The notes beneath the pieces were generated by a model, which made no database searches, was not told where the DNA came from, and saw nothing but the letters and a program-made list of their open reading frames with translations. Shown here piece after piece: positions 15,219-25,970 of a stretch of DNA of 64,000 nt. This DNA comes from Lingula anatina (taxonomy: Eukaryota; Animalia; Brachiopoda), in assembly GCA_051362555.1 (NCBI GenBank), contig CM120641.1, positions 44,956,401 through 45,020,400 of the forward strand, read 5' to 3'. Both the position numbers and the translations under genes were made by a program. How positions within the stretch are numbered: the first letter of the stretch is position 1; each line of letters opens with the position of its first letter.

Positions 15219-16283
15219 TTATATTATTCTCATATGTATCCAAAATCGAGTCTCATGACCCTGTGACCTTTCACCTGACAAATAAAATGGCTATTCGCCT
15301 TTTCCTCCTCCCACCTCTCCCACTATACACAACAGTTTCATTAGCACTTTGAGTGTAAATGAACTACGAGAACCACCTTCATCTCTCAAGTAGGTGCTGT
15401 CAATAACTTGTGTTGTTGCTATAAGAGATTAAAGTGAAAAGACTTGTTTAGGGGATTGCTGACTTAATCCCAACAGAATACAAGGCAAAATATGGCATAT
15501 ATTTGCTAAACACACTACATTATTACTAGTACCTTTCTATCAGGAACAGTACGGTTGTGTATTAAAGCAGAATTGTGACTTTTGCTGTGGCGTATACAGA
15601 CATTCAGCAAATTGAGTTTTAGATTTTCTGATGAATTAATTCAGTAAGGGCTAAGCATGCTGATGATCAATGTTAGTTGTATTATGGCATGTAGCATTGC
15701 AATCTAAGATTTCTTAACAAATCACTTAATATCTTTTAAGCTGAATTCCCAGCTAATTGGCAATATATCTTAAACTTGTGCACCTAATCCCTGCAACTAG
15801 TATTACAGGTGATCTAAAGTGAATCCATAGGGAGTACTGGAATCCATCTATTTTTCAACTACAGACTACAAATGCTGTAGCTATTTTTCCCACATATGTG
15901 GCCAGACTAAGTTTTATTTTTACTTCATTGTAATAAGTATCAACGCCTGCTTTTAAAAGCTCCAAGAAATCCATTAAACAAACGTTTGATTATTTTTTCT
16001 TCTATCTTTTTAACAAAACAGTGGTCACCGTTGAATAAAAATATTGCAATCAAAGACTGTTATGCTTCCAGACGCTTAAGATTTGTTCTGAGCGTTCATT
16101 GATTTTTACCTATAAGCTTAACATGATAAAACAAGTCCTCCTCAGCCCTGTTCACATCAATCTTAAAATAAAACTACATTAATTTCAGTTTAATATGACT
16201 ACAAGATAAACAAAATACTCACTGGGCAGACTGTATGATACATAATCTTTTAAGTCAAACTGCTGGTTATTTCATTTGAAGCA

Positions 16284-16315
<32 letters not shown>
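16284..16315. repeat. (AAT)n microsatellite
   Basis: Read directly. Confidence 0.9.
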
Positions 16316-16317
<2 letters not shown>

Positions 16318-19300
16318 TGGCAAAAAATGTAAAATATTTGGCAGTTAAAATTGCAAAATCATTTTGATAAAATTTACAAGGCTAGAATCATCCAAAAAAA
16401 GACGCAACTTTTTTGGGGGGGTGGTGGGGGGAGAGAGGAAGTATCTTAACAAAACAAAAGCAAGATAATAATCTGGAATACAGTTTTGTGGCAGAGGCTT
16501 TATTGGTAATGATCTACTTTTCTACCCTTCCTGTGAATCTAGTTATGTGTCCAGTTTAATGAAGAGGCAAACTAAACAGTTATTGGTAAAAAAAAAACTT
16601 GTATAAATTGAAGGAGATTCACATTGAAGATAAATCAACCCTCTTTGGCTTAAGCCTCTCTCCCAGCAGTTTAACAATTATCATCTGAGAGGGCCCAAAG
16701 TCTCAAGACTTTGTGAAAAATGAAGGGAGATTACAAAGGATTTGGAGGGAGGCAGGGGAAATGTATCTTCATACACTGTCTTGGCACTATAGCAGTCTGC
16801 AATGTTCTGCTCCTAGAGATTTTCATCTATTACCAGCATGCCTAAGCCGGATACTGGAAATGAAGAGGCAAACTGATAACAGAGGAGACATATCACTGAC
16901 CTCTGTTACTCAGGGTTGGGCTATCAAGCATTACCAAGATCTGCCTGCTATCTACTTCCTGAAGATATATCTCAAAAATGGGTTTTATCAAACAGGTGCT
17001 GGCTTTTCCTTTGTATTTGACTAGAAATCAATTGAATTATCTGCTGAACTGAACTGTCTAAGTTGCCACTAATGAATTGGGTTCCCAGGTGCAAATAAGG
17101 ACAAATACAGTATGTCAGTTCAATTCATCTCTATAAACAACAACTACTAATGGTGAAAAAAATAAGTAATATCTATAGATAGATAAGTAATATAGATAGA
17201 CTCTTGCTGAATACAATGAGATGAACAGATTAACCAATGAACTGATTGCACTCAGCCAGTCCTGACAGAGTTGAATCAATGTACATAGAATGATAGTTTT
17301 ATTGGGAATGAGCCCTTAGAGATAACAGGAAATTACAGAGGCATGCTGAATATAGAGGTCAGTTTCCAGTGGCCAGTGAAACTCAGGGCACCACTGACAT
17401 GGGTTTAAGGCATATGCTTATAGCCTGTACAGTGTATGTTTTATTGAGATCAGTTTCATGCTCTAGGCATGTGCTGGGGTCTGAGTCAATCCTTTTTACC
17501 TGTGCTGCACTCAGTCTTGCAGGGTAAATTTCAGCCAAATGCTTTAATATTCTAATTTAGTTAAAGAAGGACAAAATAAGGATTTCATTTTTATCCAATG
17601 ACAGATGCAGCAAAGGGCATAGGGGGTTAATGCCCCCCCTTTGAGATACTCCCTTCTCTCACCCAAAAAAGCAGACAAAGACAAAACCTAGTAAAATTTT
17701 TCCTGGAAACTGTTTTAAAGTTCTATATCCTGTGCCCCTTTTGCAAAATACTAGATCTATACAAGTGTTATTTATCAATTTTTATTATTCAGGGAGTATG
17801 CCCAAATGTGGTTAAATTTTTAGTTACAGACAGATATTCTTTTTTATTTTATTCACACTGAGGATGCTGAATTGGCAATGAAATTGGTGCATAAACTCAA
17901 GTCCTCACAGAGACAGCAGAATCTTATGAACACCAATCACAAGAGGCAAAACAAATAGAAAGAAACCAACTCAACCCACTTTCACCAGTTTTTAATAGCA
18001 AACTGTCATCAGTTTTATCAATCTGTGAAAGCATAATATAAATCTCTCACCAATATCAACAGCTAATATAAGATTATCAATTTACCTTCTTTGCCACAGC
18101 AAACTGATGCAATGGCTCTTTTATAACTAATTAAACAGATAAGATTCACCTGCATATATTGCTTGCTCACATTTGTCTGATGTTTGTATTGCTTTAAATA
18201 CCCATGAGTTCCATTAGTACACCTTTATTTCATTATATGTGTCATCAGTTATCTATTTGCTCAACAAACTTAACACCAACAGAATAAATAACAATCTCAT
18301 AAGTCCATCCATCTCAACATTTTCTGACTTCTAAAATCAGAGGTTTTAATTTTCATATTTTGTATGTTCAATATTAATGCACTTTTCAAATTAAACAGAT
18401 TTAATTACCAAGTAATCAAATATCCCCATCTTGATAGCTTCACGTTTGCCATACCTATGCACTGAAGTCTATTCTACACACTTTTCAAATTAAGTATTGA
18501 TTTCAGGTTTCAGGTGTTACTGTACTACTGATAACATGTTTAACAATAGATGTACGCATTTTGAGTAATGGTATATTTGCAACTCTGCTTCTATACAGAA
18601 TTGCAACTTTGCTGTTGTACAGAAGCAATGAAATAGGTACAGACATTGAAATAAATCAGGCCTTCTTTCAAGTCCTGCCAAACTACACCAAAGAAAATGG
18701 CGTCAGCCTGTCCCGATCTGTCCCTAAACACCTCTTCCTCCTTCTCCCCCATCCCACCCACCCCCTCCATTTTAAATACTCTGCAGTGGTTTTGTAAAAC
18801 AAAAAAGGAAAAAAAGAACAGTAAGAAAAAAGTGTTTTATGTAAGGAATATTAAAAATAACTGTATACCCTTTCTATGTGTGAGAACAAGATTCCAGTAA
18901 AGGCCATACATAAATCAGTGAGCAGCAAACATATTGCTTTCTGTACAGGGCATTATCCCAAGAAGATTTAGGCATATGTTTTATCACACACACACACACA
19001 CATTCATGCCAACGTATTTGTATGCCTTGGTTAAGATAAATATAATAGGCTACATTGCCCAAGCTGCTATTTAAACTCAAATTATCAGCAACAATGTTGA
19101 CAGGTAAAATGTCAGAGGAAGAAAATAATATCAAGTAACTATTTTCCAGGTGCTGAACTTTAAAATCTTACCTGCAAGAGCTAGTTTTAACAAAGCCCTT
19201 GTCCCTTAAAAGATTCACTGCTTTTAATGTGTATCAATGAACAAAAGGTAGTGGACTGAGAATCAAAAGCAAGTGTTTTTTTTTCATGGCACAACTGATT

Positions 19301-20181
19301 GTATGCTTATTTCTACACAATACCAGTAATTACAAATCACATCTTTAATTTTTTTATATAAAAAAAATAAATAAATAAAAAAACGAAATATACTAGTTGT
19401 TGTTCATATTCATGTATTGCATTATACTATGCTATAACCTAGCTAAATTAGTATATATGCACTCATAATTTACTGTATTGTGAATTCAATTACACTTAAA
19501 ACTGTGACAGTTCTCCATTTGAGCTGAATTAGTCCTCTTATCACTGCCATTATACTTCTAATCATATTTAGAGTGTTGAGGCAGTACTCAAGTTAAGTAA
19601 ATATTTAGAGAAACCAAGACAGACATAATCCACAACAGGTATGATTCATGAAATATATTGTATTATCTGCAGAGACATAGTCTGATGGACATGCAACATC
19701 AAAATTCTAAAAAAAAAATGGTTTAAAGTTCCACCAAACTGTTCTACCTATAAGAAGCAGGCAGTTTTCCATAATGCCATCCTTCTATTGTAAGCTGTCT
19801 CCAGTTTATAGATTGTACAAGGGTATTGCAATCAATCCTCTCCTACAAGCATTTGGTAGTTTTTCTAATTCCTATTTTTTATTATTATCTATTCATTATT
19901 TGTTTATTTATTCACTTATATTTTGTAATATACACAAAGCCAATATAATATAATATGCAGGACATATGGGGATGGAAAATTGCTCCTCCACCTCAGCTTA
20001 CATATAATTGATAACACAGTGCAATGGAACGATATGAAAATTTTTTCCAGTTTTTGATGTCTATATCTCACAATAAAGACCATGTGTAGTGCCTTTATCT
20101 ACAAGTCCAACCAGGCATTCCAAAAGATCTGTCACAAATTACTAGCACCAAAGCTTCATGCACACACAACAATGCTTCTAA

Positions 20182-20474
20182 GGCTGCATTCAGATTCACA
20201 CATTGTACTAGCTGGGTCGGTCCAACTCAGCAAAGGATTCTCTTGAAGTTCAATAAGTGGGATCAGCTTTGTTGTTAGACAGGCCTCCATGAGCAGGTGG
20301 GAGGGGGGGGTAATTATGTAGAACACACACAGAAGTTAATAACCCCCTAGCTGCTTGAGGAGGCATGTCAGACAATTAAGCTGATCCCACTGATTGCACT
20401 TGTATGAGAATCCCCCGCAGAGTTGGACTAACCCAGCTGGTATGATGTCTTAATGACCTTAATCTGACTGCATA
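20182..20474. mobile_element. MITE family C, ~290-bp near-complete palindrome (PIF/Harbinger-like)
   Basis: Termini are ggctgcattcagatt and aatctgactgca. Inner arms such as agtgggatcagctt/aagctgatcccact and ctagctgggt/acccagctgg pair. TAA flanks both sides. Confidence 0.75.
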
Positions 20475-20601
20475 TAACAACCCTTTCTATTTCCCTTGTG
20501 ATTAACAGGTTATTTAATTAAATGAATTTTTGAATACAGGATACTAATGTCATATATATAATTATATGCTTGTAAGTGTACAACGTATTTGGGTTGTTGT
20601 G

Positions 20602-20603
<2 letters not shown>

Positions 20604-20634
<31 letters not shown>
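20604..20634. repeat. (TG)n microsatellite
   Basis: Read directly. Confidence 0.9.
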
Positions 20635-20635
<1 letters not shown>

Positions 20636-20639
20636 ACGC

Positions 20640-21560
20640 TCGTGCATGCATTATAACCCCCCTCTTTAAAGTCTACAGAAGTCGCACCCCTAACATTTTG
20701 CGCATTAATACCTACGCCTACGCTCCCCCCCCCCCCCCCCCCAAACGCTTTCCAATTTATCACACGTTCCGAAACCTTTTTTCAAGCCTACAGCTAAATA
20801 AACGGTAATTATAGGATATTTCCCGGTCCATAAAGCTATGAGAAATACATCATAATCATTACTATCAGCTAAGAACTGTCATATTTGGTCTTTAACCAGC
20901 ATTAATACGAAGCGCGTTCACTCATAACTCAACACTGCAACCCCAGGGTTATTCGAGCAGCGCCAAGGTGCCATATAGCCCCCCTGAGGAGGTGTATCTC
21001 CTCACATCCAAGCAGAACTGGCGGTTCTGAAACACAGTGTATGCGAGCTATGTAAGTGCAGCCTTACCGTTCGTAGAAACGAGACATCATCCTGTTCGGA
21101 TTTCCCACTCTCGGCGGCATCGGCCATGATCGCCGCTTCTTCTTACAAAAAAGCGTGTTCCTTCAGTCGGCTCGTTAATGCTCCCTAGAGGCAGGCACAA
21201 GGCACTCCATCGTCGCGTGAGGCCAGCGGTCCTCTCACAGAAAATATAACACTGCGCAGCCAACAGGTGAAGCTATTAGGACCAAATCAACCTTGCTTTC
21301 ATATATTTTGGGCCCTTCGAATATTTGAGCAACCTCCCTCTATTTTTGATCAATCGGGTAATTTGATGCCTCTTACTTATTTCTCATGGCATTGCTCGCC
21401 CGCTGAGTGTATGTTATTTCTAGGAGGTTGCTATACAAAGCGTCTTCACGTGATAACAGAACGCAATAGAGCATCATTTATTAATACTGTCTCGACAGCG
21501 ATCAACTGATGAATCTACCACACGGATCAATATGCTTCGCGTTCTAAGAGACGCAAGGTA
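20640..21560 (-). promoter_or_regulatory. CpG-rich promoter / first-exon region of RyR
   Basis: CpG and GC content rise sharply around the exon compared with the CpG-poor intron to the left. Confidence 0.6.
21068..21127 (-). CDS. RyR: Ryanodine receptor, first coding exon (20 codons, MADAAESGKSEQDDVSFLRT); the rest of the gene lies left of the window
   Basis: ATG at 21127 reads MADAAESGKSEQDDVSFLRT, followed by a GTAAGG donor in phase 0. This matches the invertebrate RyR N-terminus (Drosophila MAEAEGGSEQDDVSFLRT) and the vertebrate RyR exon 1 boundary after FLRT. No exon 2 (EDMVCLSC-like) was found in 1-21067. Confidence 0.92.
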
Positions 21561-22131
21561 GAAATTTGTAGCGCCTTCTATTGGGAAACTCTGAAATTGT
21601 TCTCTCACAAAAAATGATGGCGCATCTCAATCAGTTAAAAGATATTAAAACTCCGATTAAAAAAATGCAAAACGTCTGCTTTTATGACAGATTCCGCCCT
21701 GCCATATAAAGATTATGATGAGGAAAACTAATACCTTTTTAACTATATATAGGCCCACAACGTGCACTATTATCTCGCATTCAATTTATTATTTTACAGT
21801 TTTTTATCTTTACTAATTATTTTAGTTATTGACTAAGCTTTCATGTTTGATTTCCCCCTCCCCTTCCCCGTACAAATATTTTGAAAATCCGAAATAAGCG
21901 TTGAACGTATGGGAGTCCAACTTATAATGCGTTAGTTGAGAAATGCCCATCCACTAACGCAACCCAGCACAATCAATATCAATGCAGCGAACGCAAATAA
22001 GTCACTCGATTCCAATTTATTTCAAAACGAAGTAGACCAAAGCAGATATTACATGGAGAATCAGCTAAATAAATAAGGTGCATGTTCTGCTGGTAAAAAG
22101 GCCATTCTGTCTCACCAACACTTTCAAACAA

Positions 22132-24660
22132 CTAACAGTTGCTCTTTCTTTTCAGGACCAATCTTAGCTTTTTCCAAAATAAATCCTGCTCATCTTCGCG
22201 TTCAGACCACTCTAAATAACTTTTTGACTTAAACAAATGAAACAAAGTGTCATTCATTTCACGAAATGGGATGTCCTCTAACAAAATTAGAACAAGAACG
22301 TCTTTACCCTCTTCAAACAAACGCATGCGCGCCATTTTCATTTCAAAGTAGCACCAGTTGCTACGCACGAAATTTCGGGTTATAACCAAAACTGTTTTTC
22401 TGCTTTGTGAGATGGATTGGATAATGTTTTCCTCGATGTCTTCACCAGGTAGGAAATCACGATGATGAAGACATAAACGGAGTCGGTCTTCCTCGGCTTC
22501 TGCGTCTTCTAGCTTGGGTCGCAGTTGTCTGTACACCCACTTGTAGTCTTCCTTGCTGAAGGCCACAAAGGCGTCATACTGATGCCTATCATCCCCGCGA
22601 ACTTCTTCGTATTCTTTGCGTCTTATTCGTAATTTATAAAAGAAATACTTAATTTCCCACCTGAATCTGTAATATACCGCAGACGCCACAACAGTAACAA
22701 TAACGAGTGAAACAAGAATTGACACCAGGGTCAAAGTAAGGTGAGAAGCGCACGTGACTTTCAAATGTCCAACGATTGCATCAAGTTCTTTTATACTAAC
22801 GATGCTTCCATTCTTTAGAGTGCAATGATAGTCATCTTGATCGACAAAATGCACTTTTGTTATTTGCATCCAGACGAAAAATTGTTCAGTCTCACAAATG
22901 CACTGCAACGGATTTCCCGCCAAATTTACGCCCACATCTGCCAATCTTTCTTGGGATTGGACGTCGTCTAATACAGATCTCATTTTGGCATTCAGAGAGT
23001 CAAGTTTATTGTAGGCGAGATCCAAGAAAGATATGTTTTTCAGGTTTAAAGTTAGTCCTTCCGAAGTAAGATAATTGTTTCTCAATACCACGGTGTCTAG
23101 TTTGGTATTACGGTCAAACAAAGCTGGGGATACCTTTTCCATTTCATTGGAAGATAAATCCACGTACGTCAAATTGACGAGCCACCGAAAAGGACTTGGG
23201 TATGAACCATTTGTTATAGTGTCAGAGTGTCCCAGTTTATTATTCTGCAGATGTAAAAATTGTGTTGTAGAAAAATTATATAAGAACGTCTTGCTGATTT
23301 TTGAGCAGCCGTTACCTGAGAGGTCGAGGGTACGCATCTTTTGAAACGAGTTATCAACTACTTCCCATGGTCCATTCCATTGATAGAAATTATTGTTTGA
23401 TAAGTTTAGAAACTTGAGAGACTTAGTGTTATGAACAATAATGTGGTTGAGCGGATATTGTAATTTGTTGTTATTTAAATCGGCTACCTCTAAATTTGGG
23501 GGCCCAACAATATTAAATGTGTACTCCCCACGTCGGAATTGCCGTTTAAACTGTACCTCAGGTTTAGATCTAGATGTCCAGCTCCAGTTGAGGTACTTCA
23601 GGTGTTGCAAATTACTTAAGTCATACGCTGGCTTGAGTGCGTTAAGGAATGTGTTGTCAGCAAGCGAGAGGGTTTCTAAATGTTCCACGTACACGTGCGT
23701 GTTTGGTTCAAGATCTGATATGAAATTAGTGTCGAGAGTTAAATGTTTTAATGTAGTAATGTTCTGGAGATAATGAAAAACACGGCTACTGTACAACATG
23801 TAAGTTCTATCTTCTGGAGAAGTTGTTGCATTCAATATCAGTCGCTCTAATGATGAATTTTGTAATCCATAAAAAACACCTGCAAGTCTTTTTAATCCAA
23901 GATATTTGTTACCTGAAAGATCAAGAGTCTTGATCGTTGGTAGAAAGCTGAAAGTGAAGTTATCGATCTTATACAGTTCACAAAACGCTAGATCCAGATG
24001 CTCTAATTGGGAATAACGTAAATTGTAAAAAACCTTTTTGCTTAACTTCTTTAGGCTACAGCGTCCGTTGTCTCCAGAAAAGTCCAATAAACGCAACGTT
24101 TTAAGAGAAGCGAATCCAGGTCCCAAAACCGAATTCTCCATATTTAGTCCGTCCAGATATAGTTCTTTTAAATCCGTCAGGTCTTTGAAGGCTGCGTCAG
24201 GATAGTTTTCTTTAGGTTTCGGGTAACGGTTGGTGTTGTTTTTTAGGTCTAACCATTGTAATTGGGACAGGTTTTTAAAAACACCTCGAGGAAATGACTC
24301 GTAATCCATGTGTAAGTAGTTAGATCGTAGATTCAACACTCGTAAATTAGGGACGTCTACAAATGCACCCAACTCCAGTGATCCTATGCGATTGTCCGAC
24401 AGGTTTAGGCGATTAAGATTACGAAGATGGGCGAAATTACCCGACCTTATCCTTGAGATTCGATTGTACGATAAATCGATCGCCGTGACATTGGCTGGGA
24501 AGTCAGTTGGAACGCCGTGAAGCTTCTTACCCGAACAGTTGTAGATGACATCTTGGCTCAGTGGGTTAATGTGAATGGAACAATTATGGTAAGTATGATG
24601 CGGTCGCCAAGCCAGTGACATCGTGATGAAAACTAGCACAATTACGAGTCGGCACAACAT
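22132..24660 (-). CDS. Toll-like receptor, single-cysteine-cluster type, copy 1 (842 aa from ATG 24660)
   Basis: Signal peptide MLCRLVIVLVFITMSLA, LRRNT, many LxxLxLxxN repeats, LRRCT NPLQCIC...C...C, TM helix, and a TIR domain with YDAFVAFS, BB-loop HHRDFLPG, SNWCYFE and FW box 3. The first ATG is at 24660; the ORF track start at 24699 is a TTG. Confidence 0.95.
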   Translation of the reverse strand: MLCRLVIVLVFITMSLAWRPHHTYHNCSIHINPLSQDVIYNCSGKKLHGVPTDFPANVTAIDLSYNRISRIRSGNFAHLRNLNRLNLSDNRIGSLELGAFVDVPNLRVLNLRSNYLHMDYESFPRGVFKNLSQLQWLDLKNNTNRYPKPKENYPDAAFKDLTDLKELYLDGLNMENSVLGPGFASLKTLRLLDFSGDNGRCSLKKLSKKVFYNLRYSQLEHLDLAFCELYKIDNFTFSFLPTIKTLDLSGNKYLGLKRLAGVFYGLQNSSLERLILNATTSPEDRTYMLYSSRVFHYLQNITTLKHLTLDTNFISDLEPNTHVYVEHLETLSLADNTFLNALKPAYDLSNLQHLKYLNWSWTSRSKPEVQFKRQFRRGEYTFNIVGPPNLEVADLNNNKLQYPLNHIIVHNTKSLKFLNLSNNNFYQWNGPWEVVDNSFQKMRTLDLSGNGCSKISKTFLYNFSTTQFLHLQNNKLGHSDTITNGSYPSPFRWLVNLTYVDLSSNEMEKVSPALFDRNTKLDTVVLRNNYLTSEGLTLNLKNISFLDLAYNKLDSLNAKMRSVLDDVQSQERLADVGVNLAGNPLQCICETEQFFVWMQITKVHFVDQDDYHCTLKNGSIVSIKELDAIVGHLKVTCASHLTLTLVSILVSLVIVTVVASAVYYRFRWEIKYFFYKLRIRRKEYEEVRGDDRHQYDAFVAFSKEDYKWVYRQLRPKLEDAEAEEDRLRLCLHHRDFLPGEDIEENIIQSISQSRKTVLVITRNFVRSNWCYFEMKMARMRLFEEGKDVLVLILLEDIPFREMNDTLFHLFKSKSYLEWSEREDEQDLFWKKLRLVLKRKSNC

Positions 24661-25529
24661 GCTGAATGTCGTAGAGTGTGACAGAAATCTCGTTTTCAAC
24701 GAGCGATCCTTTTCTTATATTGCAGTAGGCTACGTTATCTTATCAGCAAAGGTAGTTTGTTTTATGTAAATAAGCAATTGAAAGGTGGAAGTCAGACTCA
24801 CGAACCTGTGACAAATATCAATATCATGTGCGCTACTGATAGCAAAACTGAAATTAATAAACAAATGAAAATTCATTTGTCAAAAGCTACAGAAGAATTA
24901 ACTTAGATTTACCAGACAAAAATGAAATTGAATCAATAGGTGCATAAACAAATCGATACCAAACAGGGCGACGTTTTGTATCAAAAGCGAGTTGGGTGAT
25001 TGATAAGCCAGTGATTAGCATAAAATAAGTGCATCACGATTAAAACAAAAAAAATTGTAGCTCGTCAAAGAGGGAGGGGAGGGAGCTGGGGAGGCGGACT
25101 ATGATTCAGTGACCAGGTATTATGTCACATGGCGGTGACAGCATGATGGAAACTCCTTCCTTTTGCAACTAAGATACCCTATTCAACCTTTTCTGCCCCC
25201 ACCCCCACCCCCACCCACCCCTCAAAGGAGAAAAACAACACAGTAACGAGAGAAAGTTTCCTTCCTTGTGCTGTACATGTATACAGTACAATTGTCTACG
25301 GGTGCTCTTTTACATTTTCCAAGCGAAGAGGGGGGGGGTCCCATCCTTGTACTCCCCACCCCCTAACCCTCCCACACACACTAGCAGAATTTAGGATCCG
25401 CAAGAGTACTATGTATCTTCAGACCTGATTTTCAATTCCAATATACCAATATTACTCATTTTTCAAGATGATAAAGTTTAAATGTTTAAAAGTGGATAAT
25501 TTCCATCTCTTTCAGCACTGCTGAAAATA

Positions 25530-25635
25530 GATAAGTTGACTCACTACTATCGATGTCACTTCAGCTTCCTCTTAGATTAAAAACACGTGTATAATCCAAC
25601 CATTTAAAAAAGGAAGGTGTGGGAATTCCCCGCCA
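25530..25635 (-). promoter_or_regulatory. TLR upstream module: AP-1 (TGACTCA), ETS-like GAGGAAG and NF-kB site GGGAATTCCC (25621-25630)
   Basis: Motif matches inside a block that is repeated upstream of several TLR copies. Confidence 0.6.
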
Positions 25636-25674
25636 TTTAGCTAACTTGACAGGAATAATTAATCCATTGTTTTA

Positions 25675-25970
25675 GTCGTTATGGATGGTACAGTGGCGAT
25701 AACTGTGAGAAACGCGCCAGCCCAGTAATGAGAACCATTACAGGCACGCAAAGTGCTCAGTGCTGTAGATTTGGACAAAAACTACACTGTTACTTTTGAA
25801 AAGCAATTTTCTTTGCAAGCAGTGATTTCTCTCTTTCCAAAAACCCATACTTCCTGTTGATAATAAAAGAATATTATAATGGAATTGCGCAATTCTTTTT
25901 TTCGTGGTTCTTGTGAAAACAGGATATTCGAGGTTGACTGTTTTCAATTCAATGCCTGAGGAATCAGTCC
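25675..25970 (-). pseudogene. TLR 5' relic (degenerate signal-peptide/LRRNT start plus 5' flank)
   Basis: gtcgttatggatggtacagtggcgataactgtgagaaac...gtaatgagaacc aligns with 30422-30492 of TLR copy 2. The ATG is lost. Confidence 0.7.

Noticed and set aside
510-20808. Numerous 60-100 aa ORFs in the left 21 kb
   Set aside because: They are low-complexity AT-rich or microsatellite-derived frames within the RyR intron with no homology cues; the exception is the RTE fragment at 1165-1371.
22857-23773. Plus-strand ORFs repeated antisense to each TLR (also 28717-29585, 35274-35519, 41037-41953, 47284-48200)
   Set aside because: They are antisense shadows of the TLR CDS. They recur only because the TLR is duplicated, and most use non-ATG starts.
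24661-24699. N-terminal extension MKTRFLSHSTTFS of TLR copy 1 in the ORF track
   Set aside because: It begins at TTG. The ATG at 24660 aligns with the starts of the other paralogs and gives a normal signal peptide.
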